Shown one piece after another: positions 30,051-43,728 of a DNA stretch of 64,000 bases. Below the pieces are notes generated by a model. It was not told where the DNA came from, searched no databases, and was given only the letters and a program-made list of their open reading frames with translations. Both the position numbers and the translations under genes were made by a program. Source of the stretch: the human T2T-CHM13v2.0 reference genome, Homo sapiens. Numbering within the stretch: position 1 is the stretch's first letter; each line of letters starts with the position of its first letter. The stretch lies in the NCBI RefSeq assembly GCF_009914755.1, contig NC_060935.1; one strand, given 5' to 3'.

Positions 30051-32426
30051 CGCTCAGCTGCCTCTAGAAGTTGATGGTTAACAAGCAAAAGAAAAGGCAC
30101 TGAAGCAGATACACATCCTTATGGGAACACAGACACACTGCCCTCTTTCTCTTTCACTCTCTCTCTCTTTCTTCCTTCTTCTTTCTTTCTCTCCCTCTCT
30201 TCTCCTCTTTAGAGAACCTGTCATCTACATATACAGGGAGCGTCTACATCTAGTGACCTCTCAAGGTCTTCCTTATTTCAAGTCCCTTGTAGTTCTGTGA
30301 ATCTCTTTCTGTTTCATCACCATCTTTTCAGTTTACAATCAGCACCCAGACTCTGGAGAGAAGGGATTTCACCTCTTTGGCAAAAGCATCTGATCTGTAT
30401 TTATAGGCTTAGGACAGGCAGAGAGATCAAGCCACACACTCTGTAAGCAATGCAAACATGGGCGCAGCACTGCCCCTCACTCAGTACTACATGTCCCAGA
30501 GTGCAGCGGGGGAGGTTGATGTGACCAGGGTTTGAAACAGCCTCACTCAGTTTCCTTGCAGCCCCACCTCCCAAGAGGCAGCTGCCATGGAGGCTCTTCC
30601 TAAAGAAGCAAGTGCAGTGTCCAGCCTCGGAGCTGTCCTTAGGGAACTTGGTGCTTGTGCTTCCTGCAACCCCTTCACCCACGCCCCTGCCAGAACTCAC
30701 TCCAGCCTCTTTTCAAAAGCATGTTTTTTGTTTTTTTTTTTCTGTCTCTCTTTAACTTAGTGTATAAGTACAGTGATTAAGGAGTTAGAAAGTAATACCC
30801 AGGGTAAAGCAATTAGTAGAGATAATTGCCCTAGAGAGAGAATGATATTATAAAGAGGCATTTCTTTCTGTATTTCCTTAAATATTAGGCAAAATGAAAT
30901 GAGCCTAAGTTGCAGAAGAGGGAGCTTCTCTGGTCTCTAGTTCAAAAAGCAAAAAGCAAATACATACAATAGAGAAACTATTTATCTTATGAAGAATTAT
31001 TTAGATCAAGTCCTTTCTGGTTAGTAGCAGCAGAGGTAGGGATTCAATGGGTTTTATTTAGACAACCTGAATTAGTACCCCTCCCCCTCTCTCCCACCCT
31101 GTTTTCTCTTTCATTCTCTTTTCTGGAGTTTTCTTTGACTCTGGGACTTCTCCCCACTCTCATTAAAGCCTCCTGCCCAGCCCCACTGTTCCCTGCCTCC
31201 TGCCCAGCCCCAACTTCTAGGTTGTCTACTCTGCAGTTAACAGCACTCTCCCTCCTGCTTTGAGTTCAGACATATGAATCTCTGTGTAATACACATATGG
31301 TGCTTCTGAAGCCTTCTGCACATGTTCACCAGGGCTGTGTCACAGTTCTTTAAAAACTGAGTCGGTAGATGTTTTTGGTCATTCAGGAGACTGGGTGGAC
31401 CCCCATTAACATGGATCTGATTTCTGTGTGACTTTGATGTAATAGAACATCCTTCTCCATGGATACTAGCCTTCTGCTCTCCATGTGTTTGTACATTTGA
31501 CTATCAGCCCAGGAATAAAGAGGATGGCAGGCCACAGCAAGAGCCAGAAGAAACATTACAGGCCTCTGAGCAGAGAAGATGACGTGTAGATTGGCTTGGC
31601 CCCCACACCTTTGGTTTGTGGTGGGGGTATGATTGATTACTCTACTGCAGTGCTAGCAAAGCCTCATGGCTTTTCAAGTTTATTGTATTCAAGACCATAG
31701 TCTAGGGCTTATAGAAACCAGGCAATAGGCTAAAGAAAACCATCTATTAGCCTAAATTCCACTACTCTCATCCTCAACCTTTTTTATTAGTGTGGGATGG
31801 AATAGGAATGGGAGAAGTGTTGAATTGTTTATTGTGGCTGGAAAAAAAACACGTTCCTCTAACAGGATGTGTGCCTGTATCAGGATATACATCCTTCCCC
31901 CTTACCTCAATTTGAATCAGAGTAGTTAAATTAAAATAAGGTGAACATGAGCAAATTCATTTAAATACTTTTTATCTAAAAGCAATTTTCACTGTACATA
32001 GGACATAGGAGATTGGTTTAAATGTATATACCAATCTCTGAATAGTCCCAAGATTTTTTTCTTAATGTTTAATAATGCATTTTTTATAATTTGCCATCTT
32101 CAGTTTAAAAAAAGGCCTCAAAGGGAAGTGTCCAATTGAGGTTTTATATTCTCTACCAAACTATAGTAATAGGGAGCAGGACTTGGGTGCAGATTGAGGA
32201 GGAAAATGTTAAGAGGTTGGAAATTTGGTATTATGATGTTTAGTGGAAAGGAATTTGCACTTAGTGAATATGGGGTTGAGTCTCAGTTCTGCTCTACTGA
32301 CTGTGTGACCTTGGATGAGTTGCTTAAAGTCTCTGAATCTCAGTTTAGTTATCTTTAACATGGGGGAAACAGTGTTGATCTCACAGGGCTCTCAGTATCC
32401 ATGGAGGGTAATGGATTTGGAAACGA

Positions 32427-32808
32427 TCTTAGTATATTTTCTGCGGCTATAACAGAACACCACAGGCTGAGTAATTGATAAAGAACTGAAGTTTATTTAG
32501 CTCATGGTTTTGGAGGCTGCGGAGTCCAAAAGCATAACACCAGCATCTGGAGAAGGCCTTGTGCTGAGTTACCCTGTGGCAGAAGGGCAAGAGAGTGCCT
32601 TAGACAGGAAGAAAATCGGTTGATCTCATCCTTTTATTGGGAGCCCACTCTTATGATAACTAACTTATTTTCAGGATAAGTGTATCAAACCATCCATGAG
32701 GGCCACTCTCATGACCTAATTACCTGTTAAAGGTTCCACCTCTTAATACTATACTGTTACAGTGACCATTAAATTTCAACATGAGTTTGGACACTCAAAC
32801 TATAATAG
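32427..32808 (-). mobile_element. MST-type MaLR solo LTR inserted in a MIR
   Basis: tcttagt...gctataacagaacaccacaggctg...ttcaacatgagtttgg; MIR sequence on both sides. Confidence 0.75.
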
Positions 32809-33007
32809 AAATGCATTGTAAATTATGGAGCACTGTACAAATGAGAGTTGTCACAATTATTGTTCCTGTAGTTAAGCCAGACCCGTGAGCACTGTGTTGT
32901 CAGTGTCATCAGTTTTTTGGGAAACTCTTTCCTAGTCTGTATTGATCTACCTGATTGAGTTGCTTGGTTATAAAGTCAGACTTGAACAGAAGCAAGGTAA
33001 TAAATGA

Positions 33008-33317
<310 letters not shown>

Positions 33318-34999
33318 GTGCCTTCTTTTTTAAATTATGTTTTACTTTATCTAACACTTGCTTTGTTGTTTTTTTTCTGTGGTCTTGGGGCTGGATTGGG
33401 AGTAGGTGTGGGGGAGGAAAGGAAGGAGTAAATAAGGAGGGGTCAGTTTTCTCTGAGGATCTCACCATTTCTGAGGGTAAAGTCTACATGGAAATGAACA
33501 CTGGGAGACTGACATCCTTGTTTTGACCCTTTGGCTTTTTATCTGGGCCTTAGTTTCCTCATCTGCAAAATGGGAGCTGAAGCTGTAAGGTCCTACTCAC
33601 TTGTAGCCTTTTGTAGATGTGAGATCACAAGCATGAAGGAACCGACGTCCCTAACAGAAGATAGGTTAGCATGTTTCAGGGGCTGCTATAGGGGAGCTGT
33701 TGGGGGAAAATGATAGGAGGGAGGTACTTGGAGATGCCTCAGGAAGGACATGGGTGTTTTTCCATAGATTATTCTTTCTGATTGGGAGAAATATCTTTAA
33801 ATATTTGGATGGGCTTATTTTCATGTTTTTGTCAAGAAGGTCAGTGGTTCACCAGAGCGTACACCCCGTTTCCTCACCAGTTTCTAGAAGCCTTGCTCTG
33901 TTGTATGGATGCCAGCTCTGGCACCGCAAACACACACAGTGAATATATGTACTGTGTTTTAAGTAGAATCCTTGCACTGTCTTGGGAATGTGAGCAGCCT
34001 GTTCCTCTCTTCCCAACAGGGCTGGGATACTCTGATCCCCTTCCTCAGGGTTCCCCTGATGGATGCAGCTTATCCCAGGTTGACCGAGTAAAGTGGGCCA
34101 GAGAGGAAGCTGTAGTCACTGCAAGCGAGCGGCCTGTCCCTGCTGGGCAGGAAACCTAGAGTGATGAATGGGGCTGGATGAAGTCATCCTGCTCCTCCAA
34201 TCAGACTGCTCGGAGAGAGCCAGGGGCCTCTGCAGATCCAGCCAGGCTGCCGGCTGCTCTCATGTACCTTTAGACAGAGGCTGTGAGTCTCTGGGAGTGG
34301 AGTGGGGGGGTGTGAACCGCCCGCTCCTGGCTCCTGTGTAGGCCTCAGTCAGTCTGAATGTTATTGCAAGGTGAGTGGCTTCACCGGGCGAATTTCTCTC
34401 CTTTTGCATTCTCCACCTTGCCGTGCCAGGCTCCGGCTTTGTGGCTCCGGCACTTCCTTGCACAGCACCTTTCTGCTTCCAGCTGAGTGCCTGCACCTTC
34501 TTGAGGTTCTCACACCCGCCTGCCCGCCACCAGCTGCTGACCTTCTCCCTTCCTGCTCCCCCCGGCTCTTGCTCATTACCTGCCAGCTGGCCTCTTCCCA
34601 CATGCCCCCCTCATCCTGACCTGTGGGTACCAGTTGGCGGGGTGATGGGAGGGCAGGCCTCCGTCTTTGTGCCCTCTCCCTCTCAACAGGGGGAGCCTGG
34701 GAAGACCCACACTTCGCTCCTGGGAAGAAGTACCAGGCCAGGGGAGGTGCCCCCTGACTCAGCCTCCTGGGAGTCTGTGGAACACAGACAGGAGACAGGG
34801 CCCCCCTGCTTGCTGTGGACCTCCAGACTCTGACCTCTTACCCAGAAACTGAGGAAGTCCCAGGGGGCCAGAGAGTGGAAATAGGTGTCTTATTTTCCCC
34901 AGCCTTCCAGAGGGGTGGTTTGTTCTCCGTGGGTGGACGTTTGTGACTCTGCCTTTTCTCTCTGGATGGTGCCGCTGCTCCTTAGGCCAAGCAGAGATC

Positions 35000-35061
35000 A
35001 TGGAGCCGGCTGACATGGCGACAGCAAAGGTAGGATGGAAATGCTGCCGGCCGCACTGTGC
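35000..35061 (+). CDS. GRAMD1B: Probable alternative first coding exon of GRAMD1B: MEPADMATAKVGWKCCRPHC(A)
   Basis: Strong Kozak atcATGG, 62 nt to donor TGC|gtaagt, phase 2; inside a CpG-enriched non-repeat block. Confidence 0.62.
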
Positions 35062-35749
35062 GTAAGTGGCTTCGCTTGGCGAGTTCTGCCTTTGGTTCAC
35101 TTTTCTCTCTCCTCCTCTCCCTCAGCCCGCCACTCGTGAGCATCCAGGGGCTGTGTCAGAGTGGAGGGAAATGTTGTGAGCACCAAGACCTCAGGAGAGG
35201 CGAGGAGGTGCCAGGTCCTACAAAGCACACGCCCCACCTTGGTGTGCTTGGAAGTCGGAGTGGGTGGATGAGGGGTGCAGGGTGGGGGGTGGAGGTATCT
35301 GTAGCTTTCATCTGCACTCACTTATATGTCCGTTGTTTTCTTTAGCCTTGCCCTATTTTTTGTTTCTCTTTATCCTGTCCCTTTTTCAGTTATGCCTCTT
35401 TTTCACTCTCTCTCTCTCTCTCTGTCTTCTTCCTCTGCTTCTTCTCTGCACTGCATTCCATTTGTGCAACCTCCACACTTTCTTTTCACCTTCTGTTTGC
35501 TTCTCTTTTGCTTCTCCCTGTTGTATAAGGAATGGGTGGGGTTGGTGCGGGCTGGACAGTCTTAAAAGCAGAGACTGCCTCTCATCCTGCAGCAGACGTT
35601 GGCCTTGGGATTGGAGAGGAGTTTTTATGTGAGTGGCAGATGCTGCCGCTGGCCCCGCCCACTGCTCGCCGGATGCCCCAATGGCAGTGCGGGCCCGGGC
35701 ACCTCCAGGGAATGGGGCCTGGGTGCTGCGCTGCTCAAACTCTGTGGGC

Positions 35750-35763
35750 ACGCTAGAGGGCGC
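35750..35763 (+). promoter_or_regulatory. CTCF core motif
   Basis: ACGCTAGAGGGCGC, close match to the CTCF core. Confidence 0.5.
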
Positions 35764-37813
35764 TCCTGAGATAGCTTTCAAATCTCTCCTGGCTCCTGCT
35801 TGCAATTTGAAATTTGCTTTCCTGTGTATTTTTCCAGACAAGGAGTTAGAGCCATTGGGAGTAGATGGGGGCATCTAAGGAGGCTGAGTCTGTGCAGCCC
35901 CAACCCCAGCTCCAGTGTGCAGGGAGAGATGTAATCCTTCGAGAATATCTCAGCCCTTCATTTGGGAGCCTTGCTTTTTGGCCAGATGGCAGGGTCTCCT
36001 TTCTCTCAGAGATGGAAGACTGGACAAGGCTCAGACTTCTGGAGCAGGTTGGGTATCCTGTGTTGTGTATGGAGGAGAGAATGAGAGAGGAGGCCCAAGC
36101 GGCAAGTCTGCTGCCAGCCTGAACCGGCAGGAATGTGTTACAGTGGTTAGAACATGTCTCTGGGAATCATAGAACTTGGTTTTCTGCTCCTCCCAGCCCT
36201 ACAGGCTGTGTGATCAGATCCGAGTCACTTAACTTCTCTGGACTTCCATCTCCTGGTCTGCACAAAGGTGAAAATTACACACATCTGTTGTTTTAATCAG
36301 TTTAGATCTGTCAAATTCTCAGTTTTCTTAGAAAGGAGCCAGAGAGAGCAAACTATAGAGAACAGGTCTCCCTGGACCCATTCTCTCCTCTGTCTCCGCT
36401 TCCTCTCTCTTTTCCTTCCTTCCACAAACATCTGAATAGCCCCTTTGAATATGAGGTGGTGCAAAGTGCTTGTACTACCTTGACAGTGGGCAGTGGCGAC
36501 CATGAAAGCAGGCATCTGCAACTGTGTTTGGATCCCAAACTGCTGCAAGCAGTTTGCTCTCTGGTGGGAACGCTGCTGTCTGTCTTCACCAGGGCCTTGC
36601 AAAGCCTCTAGTGAACTAGCTCTTGAGGTTGTAGGTGGTTTGTTATCAACCAGCTGGTTCTCAGGGGATGGTGGTGGCAAGTGCTCTGGAAAAGGTATGA
36701 TTTGGGGATTTTGGGGATTTATTCTGTGGCTGGTTTGGAAAGGTCTGTTTAGTTTCTATTTGCATATGGAGGCAGAAACAGCCTGATTTTACTTAGGCCC
36801 TTGCTGTCCCTTAGTCCAGATTGCACATGATCTAAGCAGGTATAGCATCAGATGTTAGAGACGAATCATTCCTTTTTTATTTTCTACAAAAAATGAAAAA
36901 TTAGCCAGGGGTGGTGGCATGCACCTGTAGTCCCAGCTACTCAGGAGGCTGAGGCATTTACTTTCAGGACCTTGACCAAGAGAGAATCTGATTGGCTAAC
37001 AGAAACCGATGTCATTTCAAAGCAGCATTGTGAATCTTTTTTTTTTTTTTTTTTTTTTTTAACCTTCTCTAATCCAGACCCTTTGGAAATTTACTTCAGG
37101 TATTTTCAGTCTGTGCCTGTGAACCATTCAGGGCTCTGAATGGACTTCAGGAGAGGGTCCACGAGCCCCCTTCATTGGTAGGCAGAATTTTGTATCTCTG
37201 TACATTTTTCTGGGGAGAGTATCCTTGGCTTTCATCAGCTCCCCAGGAGGCTTATTACTCAAAAAAGTTTAAGAACTTTTAACTGATCAAGATGCTTCCA
37301 TAAAGAGCCTATTTGTATAGTCTAGGTACAAAGCCCAGGTACAAGAGGAACTTACATATTATGGCCAATGTCCTGGAATCTCTGATAATGCATAAAAGCA
37401 GCTTGTAAGTAACTTACATACAGTTTCAATATCACTTTTTAAATGTCTAAATACTTGAAAAATGCATCCCCCTTATCTCAGGCTTCCCTTTTTATTTCTG
37501 AGATACTATTCCCAGAATTTCCCCTAGCCGCAATGTACTGGGTTAATTTACCCTGGAATGAAATAGCTTTTGGTGGAGGTGTGGTCAGTCTTATGACAAC
37601 ATTCCCTATTAGACTCTTTTCAGTTCCTGGAGTAGAGCTTTTACAGGTGTGACTTCACCTTCTGGAGTCTGGATTTTGAGGTTCTATTAGTCCACTGCAT
37701 TGTCATAGTACTACCCTTTTTTTTTTTAAGGTTGCACCTCAGACTAGGGCCATCTGATAGCCTGACCTGACTGTGTTAAAATATGTAGATGATGAATTGT
37801 TACTGAGAGTTAG

Positions 37814-37955
37814 TTTCCTTCCTTTCTTTCTCCCTCTCTCTTTCTTTCTTTCCTTCCTTCCTTCCTTCCTTCCTTCCTTTCCTTTCTTTCCTTCCTTCCT
37901 TCCTTCCTTCCCTTCCTTCCTTCCTTCCTTCCTTCCTTCCTTCCTTCCTTCCTTC

Positions 37956-38002
<47 letters not shown>

Positions 38003-38039
38003 TTTCTTACCTTTCTTTCTTTCTTTCTTTTCTTCTTTC
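37814..38039. repeat. (CCTT)n(CTTT)n tetranucleotide array derived from an Alu tail
   Basis: Direct reading; abuts Alu 38040-38311. Confidence 0.95.
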
Positions 38040-38311
38040 ACAGGGTCTCTATTGCCTAGGCTGGAGTGCAGTGGTGCGATCATGGCTCACTGCAACCTCA
38101 ACTTTTTGGGCTCAAGTGATCCTCCTGCCTCAGCCTCCTGAGCAGGTGGGACTACAGGTGCATGCCACCACACTTGGCTAATTTTTTATTTTTTGTAGAA
38201 ATGGAGTCTCACTATGTTGCCCAGGCTGGTCTCGAACTCCTGGGCTCAAGCAATTCTGCCACCTTGGCCTCCCACAGTGCTGGGATTATAGGCTTGAGCC
38301 ACTGTGCTGGC
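38040..38311 (-). mobile_element. AluJ-like
   Basis: Alu consensus. Confidence 0.93.
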
Positions 38312-39694
38312 AAGAGTTTTTGTCTTAACTTTGAGAAAAGAGGTTAGGGAGCATTAATTAACCCATTCATTCACCAGAGGGTTATTAAATGCTGACTGTA
38401 TGCCAGTGGAGAGAGTTCAGTATGGAGAGTTTAGAGATGGGTAGTTCACAATCGCCGTGAAGAGTTGTTCATGGGTCCTCGGGGGAGACAGACAAGTAAA
38501 CAAATTATGGCAACACAAGGTAATAGGTTCAAAATCAGGGACGCAAGAAGAATTACTTGACTGGGCAGTTCATAAAGGGCTTTGTAAAGAAGGTTACATT
38601 TGATCTGAGACCTGAAGTGTGGGTGGGAATTTATCAGGTGGACAAGAGAGGAAAGATGATGTGGCTGTGATTTAGAGTTGGACATATCTAGGTTCAAATG
38701 CTGACCCTGTTGCTTTCTGGCTCTGTGAACTTGAGTGGGTTATCTTGGCCTTCCCTGGTCTCAGTTTCCTCGTTTGTCCATGAGTTCACCATCAATACGC
38801 TGGGATTGTCATGAGGATTAAATGCAATGTCTTAGGATTAATGCCTGGCACACTGCAGATAGTCACTGAATGGTGGCTGTGGGTGCAGAGATCTGTTAGA
38901 GAATAGTGGGCCCAGGATGGACATGGCAGGGCCCAGGGCACGACAAGTAGCTTGGCAGGACTGGTGCTTAGGATGCATGTGGAAGACAAGAGGCAAATGT
39001 GAAAACCAGAAACAGAAGCAGGGAGCTGAAGCGCTGTGAAAGCCCGTGCAGTGCTGAGACTGCATAGACACTGCGAACAGCTGAAGGACTTCGAGGTACC
39101 ATCAGGTTTGCTTTTGAGAAAGTACTCTGGCTCCAAGGTAGACAAGTAAGATAATTGCCTCATTTTGCTCCATCTCTGATAACTTTATTATTACTATTAT
39201 TTTTACATCTATCTCTCCCCACTAGACTGTGAGCTCCTTGAGGGCAGGGATTGTGTGTTTTGTTTCTTAATTCACAGAAACCCTGGCACTTAGCATTTTA
39301 CTTGGCAGGTGATAGATGCTCAATAAATATTTGGTGAATGAACAAATAGGAGAGGGTAACTGCAACTGCAAACCTAAAGGTAAGAATTGAAAGGCAGGTG
39401 AACGTTGACAGCAAGAAGCACACTCTAGTCATATTTCAGGTGCTAGAACTGACACGACGTAGTTCCTAATTAAATGGGAGATGGAGGAGTCTAGGGTGAA
39501 TCGTTGGTTTCTGACTGGGTCACTTGGTAGCTGGTGGTGTGATTTGAGATTGATACAAGACGTCAGAGTTGGGAGGAGACAGTGGGACAGTGAGGAGTTC
39601 CCTTTATTCATACTGGCTCTGAACTGCCCGTGAGATATCTAGGTGAAGTTGTTCAGAAACAATGAGAAATTTGTGTCTGAGGTTAGGGAGTGGT

Positions 39695-39860
39695 ACTGGT
39701 TGAGCATCCCAGATCTGAAAATCTGAAATTAGAAATGCTCCCAAACCTGAAACGTATTGAGTGCCAACATGCCGTTCAAAGGCAATACTCATTAGAGCAT
39801 TTCAGACTTCAGATTTGACTATGTATCCTGCAAATATTCCAAAATCCAAAAAAATCAGAT
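39695..39860. mobile_element. Tigger4/MER46-like fragment
   Basis: ggttgagcatcccagatctgaaaatctgaaattagaaatgctcc terminus. Confidence 0.7.
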
Positions 39861-40090
39861 GCCCCGTCACAGCAGTTGAGAGGCAGAGGCTCTCCTTATA
39901 GGATGAGGTCTTAGAACGGAGAGCCTTCTTCATAGGGGAGTCTGAACTTCTGGATTTTGTGGAGAGATTGAAAAAAATTGGTGGACCAGCACAGAATTAC
40001 CAGTTATTTATTTTACCTATGAAAGCTAGCAACTAAACTGAAACATAAAACTACCACCACTATGTATATGTATATTTAAAGAATATTTAA

Positions 40091-40427
<337 letters not shown>

Positions 40428-41231
40428 AACATATTTAACCTTTTGGTGTTTACCACATTGTCCTAATTTTTCTCAATTCATTACCAATCCATGTAAAAAC
40501 CCCATCATGGTACACGCCAGCACACAAGTGCCACTGGATCATCAAAGGTAGCTAGTGGCTTAGTGCATGGAAAAGCATTTACTGAATAGCGCTGGTCACA
40601 AAATGGATGGAAGCTGAACCCTTTGGTTTACTCATGATATGCCAGTCTCATGTCTGTTGTGATGCTGAGAGAAGGTAGTGGGTATCTGTGCCTGAAACAA
40701 CTTAAAGCTTCCCCTGCCCTAACCTTAGGGCGCTGTTGAGAAAATGTCCCGATGACTGGAAATGAAACTGTTTAAAGTCGAACTCATTAGATGCTCCATC
40801 CAAGTAAACCTGTATTTATTGGCAGTGATAGTAGCAATATGTTCCGAAGGCACTATTTCTGGACACCTCTCATGCAAATAGAAAGCTCTTGTCTCCATAA
40901 AGGATGATGACAAATATTGGATCCTTTTTCTGGCTCTTTTGTGTTAAGACCAGACTAATCAAGAAATATCACAGACAGACTTAATGTAAGTCAGCTGAGA
41001 CTATTCACCATTACTCGTCTGTTGATTAAAAAAAAAGTTGGTATAATGATTACAAACCTATGCTCGTTTTGGAAAACAGAGATATATCCTTCTGATTAGA
41101 TAAGCGTCTCTTAGAGACTTGTTGCCTTATATTTTAAGTTAGTGTTATTTCATATAGTTTAATGCCCATCTTTTATCTTCCTTGTTGGATTATTGACTTG
41201 AGATCAAGGAGAACTCTGGATCTAACTTTGA

Positions 41232-41611
<380 letters not shown>

Positions 41612-43711
41612 TGATTGACCTAACAGAAAGAGCACAAAACAATGCAAAAATATTCCCAACAAAATAGGGAAAATTGGAAAATTTGTTGACATAAAGGAGA
41701 AAAAGTAGATTAGGAGCAGGAAATGGAGCCTGTGGTTCCTGTAGTATATAGTGGTGGTTCTGTGGACATGGGTTGGGAATAATCACAGCAGTGGTGAAAA
41801 TGTATTGAGCACTTACTTGCTCTTAGTGTCATCCGCTCCGCATAGCAACCTGATGGGTGCTTGTCATCCTCACCTTTTTAATGGATGAAGGAGTTGAGGC
41901 TTAGAGAAATGGAGTAAGTTGCTCAAGGTCACATAGCTGTTAAGTATAGATTTGAACTCAAGGCTAATTCTAGAATCGCGGTGCTAAACCACAATACACA
42001 CCACCGGGGGTGGTGTCAGTCCCTGTTCAATGAAGAATGCGGTTTTTCTGCACTTGTCCTATCATCGAACAATTTCTCTGCCAACAATAAATAGATTCTT
42101 ATTGTGTCCTTGGGCAGACGACTTTCACTTTTAAAATGAGTTAACGCTCAATTCATCTGTATTTTTAAAAATGGTAATACTGATATGTAATTTAGTGGAA
42201 GAAGCAGAAATCCCCATTTGGTGGGAGGACAACAGGAAGCAGCTGGCTGTGGGTGTATGGGTGCCCCCTCCCGGAGAGAACCTGAGTTTATAAGCACCCT
42301 CCTGGGTCCCTAACACCATCAGTCACCCTGAATTTCTCCTGAGGATAAACCAGGAGGAGCCACGGGGGTGATTAGAAATCTGCCTTCTTTCTTCCATCTG
42401 GCAGGAGAGATGTTTTCTTTTGTTACGTGTGTAATTAGGATGATGAGTGACTTCAGGCAACGGCCCCTCTCCTGGTTGTGGGGTTTCTCTGAGGTGTGTG
42501 CATCTTTCTGACAGCAGGGCTCTTACCTCCTTGGGGCCACCGTTAAGTGCAGCAGCAGAAGGGGTCTCGTGATCCGGGACACGGGGATGAGCAAGCATGC
42601 AGAGAAACCAACACTAGTCAGGCAGTCAAGCATTCAGGAAGCGGGAGGAAGATTTTGGAGGTGAAGGGGAAAGTGGGATAGAGCGGGGAATCCTCTATGG
42701 GGATTTCTATTGCCAGACAGAGCTCTTGTCTCCTCATCAAGACAAAGTCTCCTTGGAGAAGGGATATCGATGGCTGCTTAAACAGGGGGAAGAGAGAGAG
42801 CTTAGTTGGGTGTTGCACTGAATTCAGTGAGGGAGGTGATCCCAATGTATGGCCTGGCTAAGGAGTTTCCTTACCCCGAGTTGCATGAGGGGGCTTGTGA
42901 TTCTCAGATACGGTGTTTTTACCTTTTACTTTTTCCTCTTTTTACCAATTACAACCTTATAGAGCGGCTAGCAATGGCAGTACTAGTAGGAAGATAACTA
43001 GACCTCACTAAGCCTGCGTGTCTTGTGTTAAGTGTGGTTTAGCACTTCACTGGGCTGCTGTAAGAATCACTGGGCATGAGGTCTGCGCAACCACTTTAGA
43101 TTCTAGAGTGATCAGAGGATCAGAGCCATCCACGGAAGCCCTGGCTGCCTCAGTCTTGCTTCCTCCCCTTCCTAGGGGCAGAACGAAGCTGAGTGGAATT
43201 TGGCTTTGATATTGCTCATCCTGTTTATTGCCTGAAGGAATATTCTGGATTAGCAGATTGTGAAGGAGGGGCAAAGAAGCCTGGCGGGAGGTGATTCTAT
43301 TCATTTTATTTTTTAACTCCAGTGGCTTCAGTAAATCCAGGAGGCCATAGGAGCAGAATGAAGCATTCTTGAAGCAAACAGCCCCGCTTTGCTCTGCCCC
43401 CAAGCCTGCCACCCTTTGCTAGCCCTCTGGCCGGGTGCCTGCCCTGCACAGCGCTGTTTCACCCAGATGGTGGGCCTGGAGGGCAGGGGTGTGCATAAGG
43501 GTACCAAGGACAGGAAGGGAGGGGCTGGCTTTGGAGGCTCCAAGCTGGGAGCTGACATAGATGAATAGGCTAGAAGGCGAGGCCAATGCCTGCAGCCCAC
43601 ACTGTCACCCCAGAGCCAGTGACTAATAGTGGCAGAGGGTGGGGAGAGGAGAGTGCCAAGGGAGGGAGAGGACAGGGAAGTGGTGGGGAGCACCTGATCG
43701 GGGTGCAGCCC

Positions 43712-43728
43712 TGGCCATCTGCTGGTCA
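43712..43728 (-). promoter_or_regulatory. CTCF core motif
   Basis: Minus strand TGACCAGCAGATGGCCA matches CCASYAGRKGGC. Confidence 0.45.

Larger units (their letters stand above)
34100..35770 (+). promoter_or_regulatory. CpG-enriched promoter/enhancer-like block with two strong donors (34371, 35062) and a CTCF motif
   Basis: Visibly higher CpG density than flanks, no repeats. Confidence 0.55.

Noticed and set aside
31168-31211. 17-bp direct repeat gcctcctgcccagcccc
   Set aside because: Small low-complexity slippage duplication with no further structure
37739-38141. Lys/Glu/Arg-rich and Phe/Leu/Ser-rich ORFs
   Set aside because: Translations of the (CCTT)n(CTTT)n microsatellite
41923-41932. 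SF-1/NR5A site TCAAGGTCA
   Set aside because: Part of the MIR consensus core, so expected without selection
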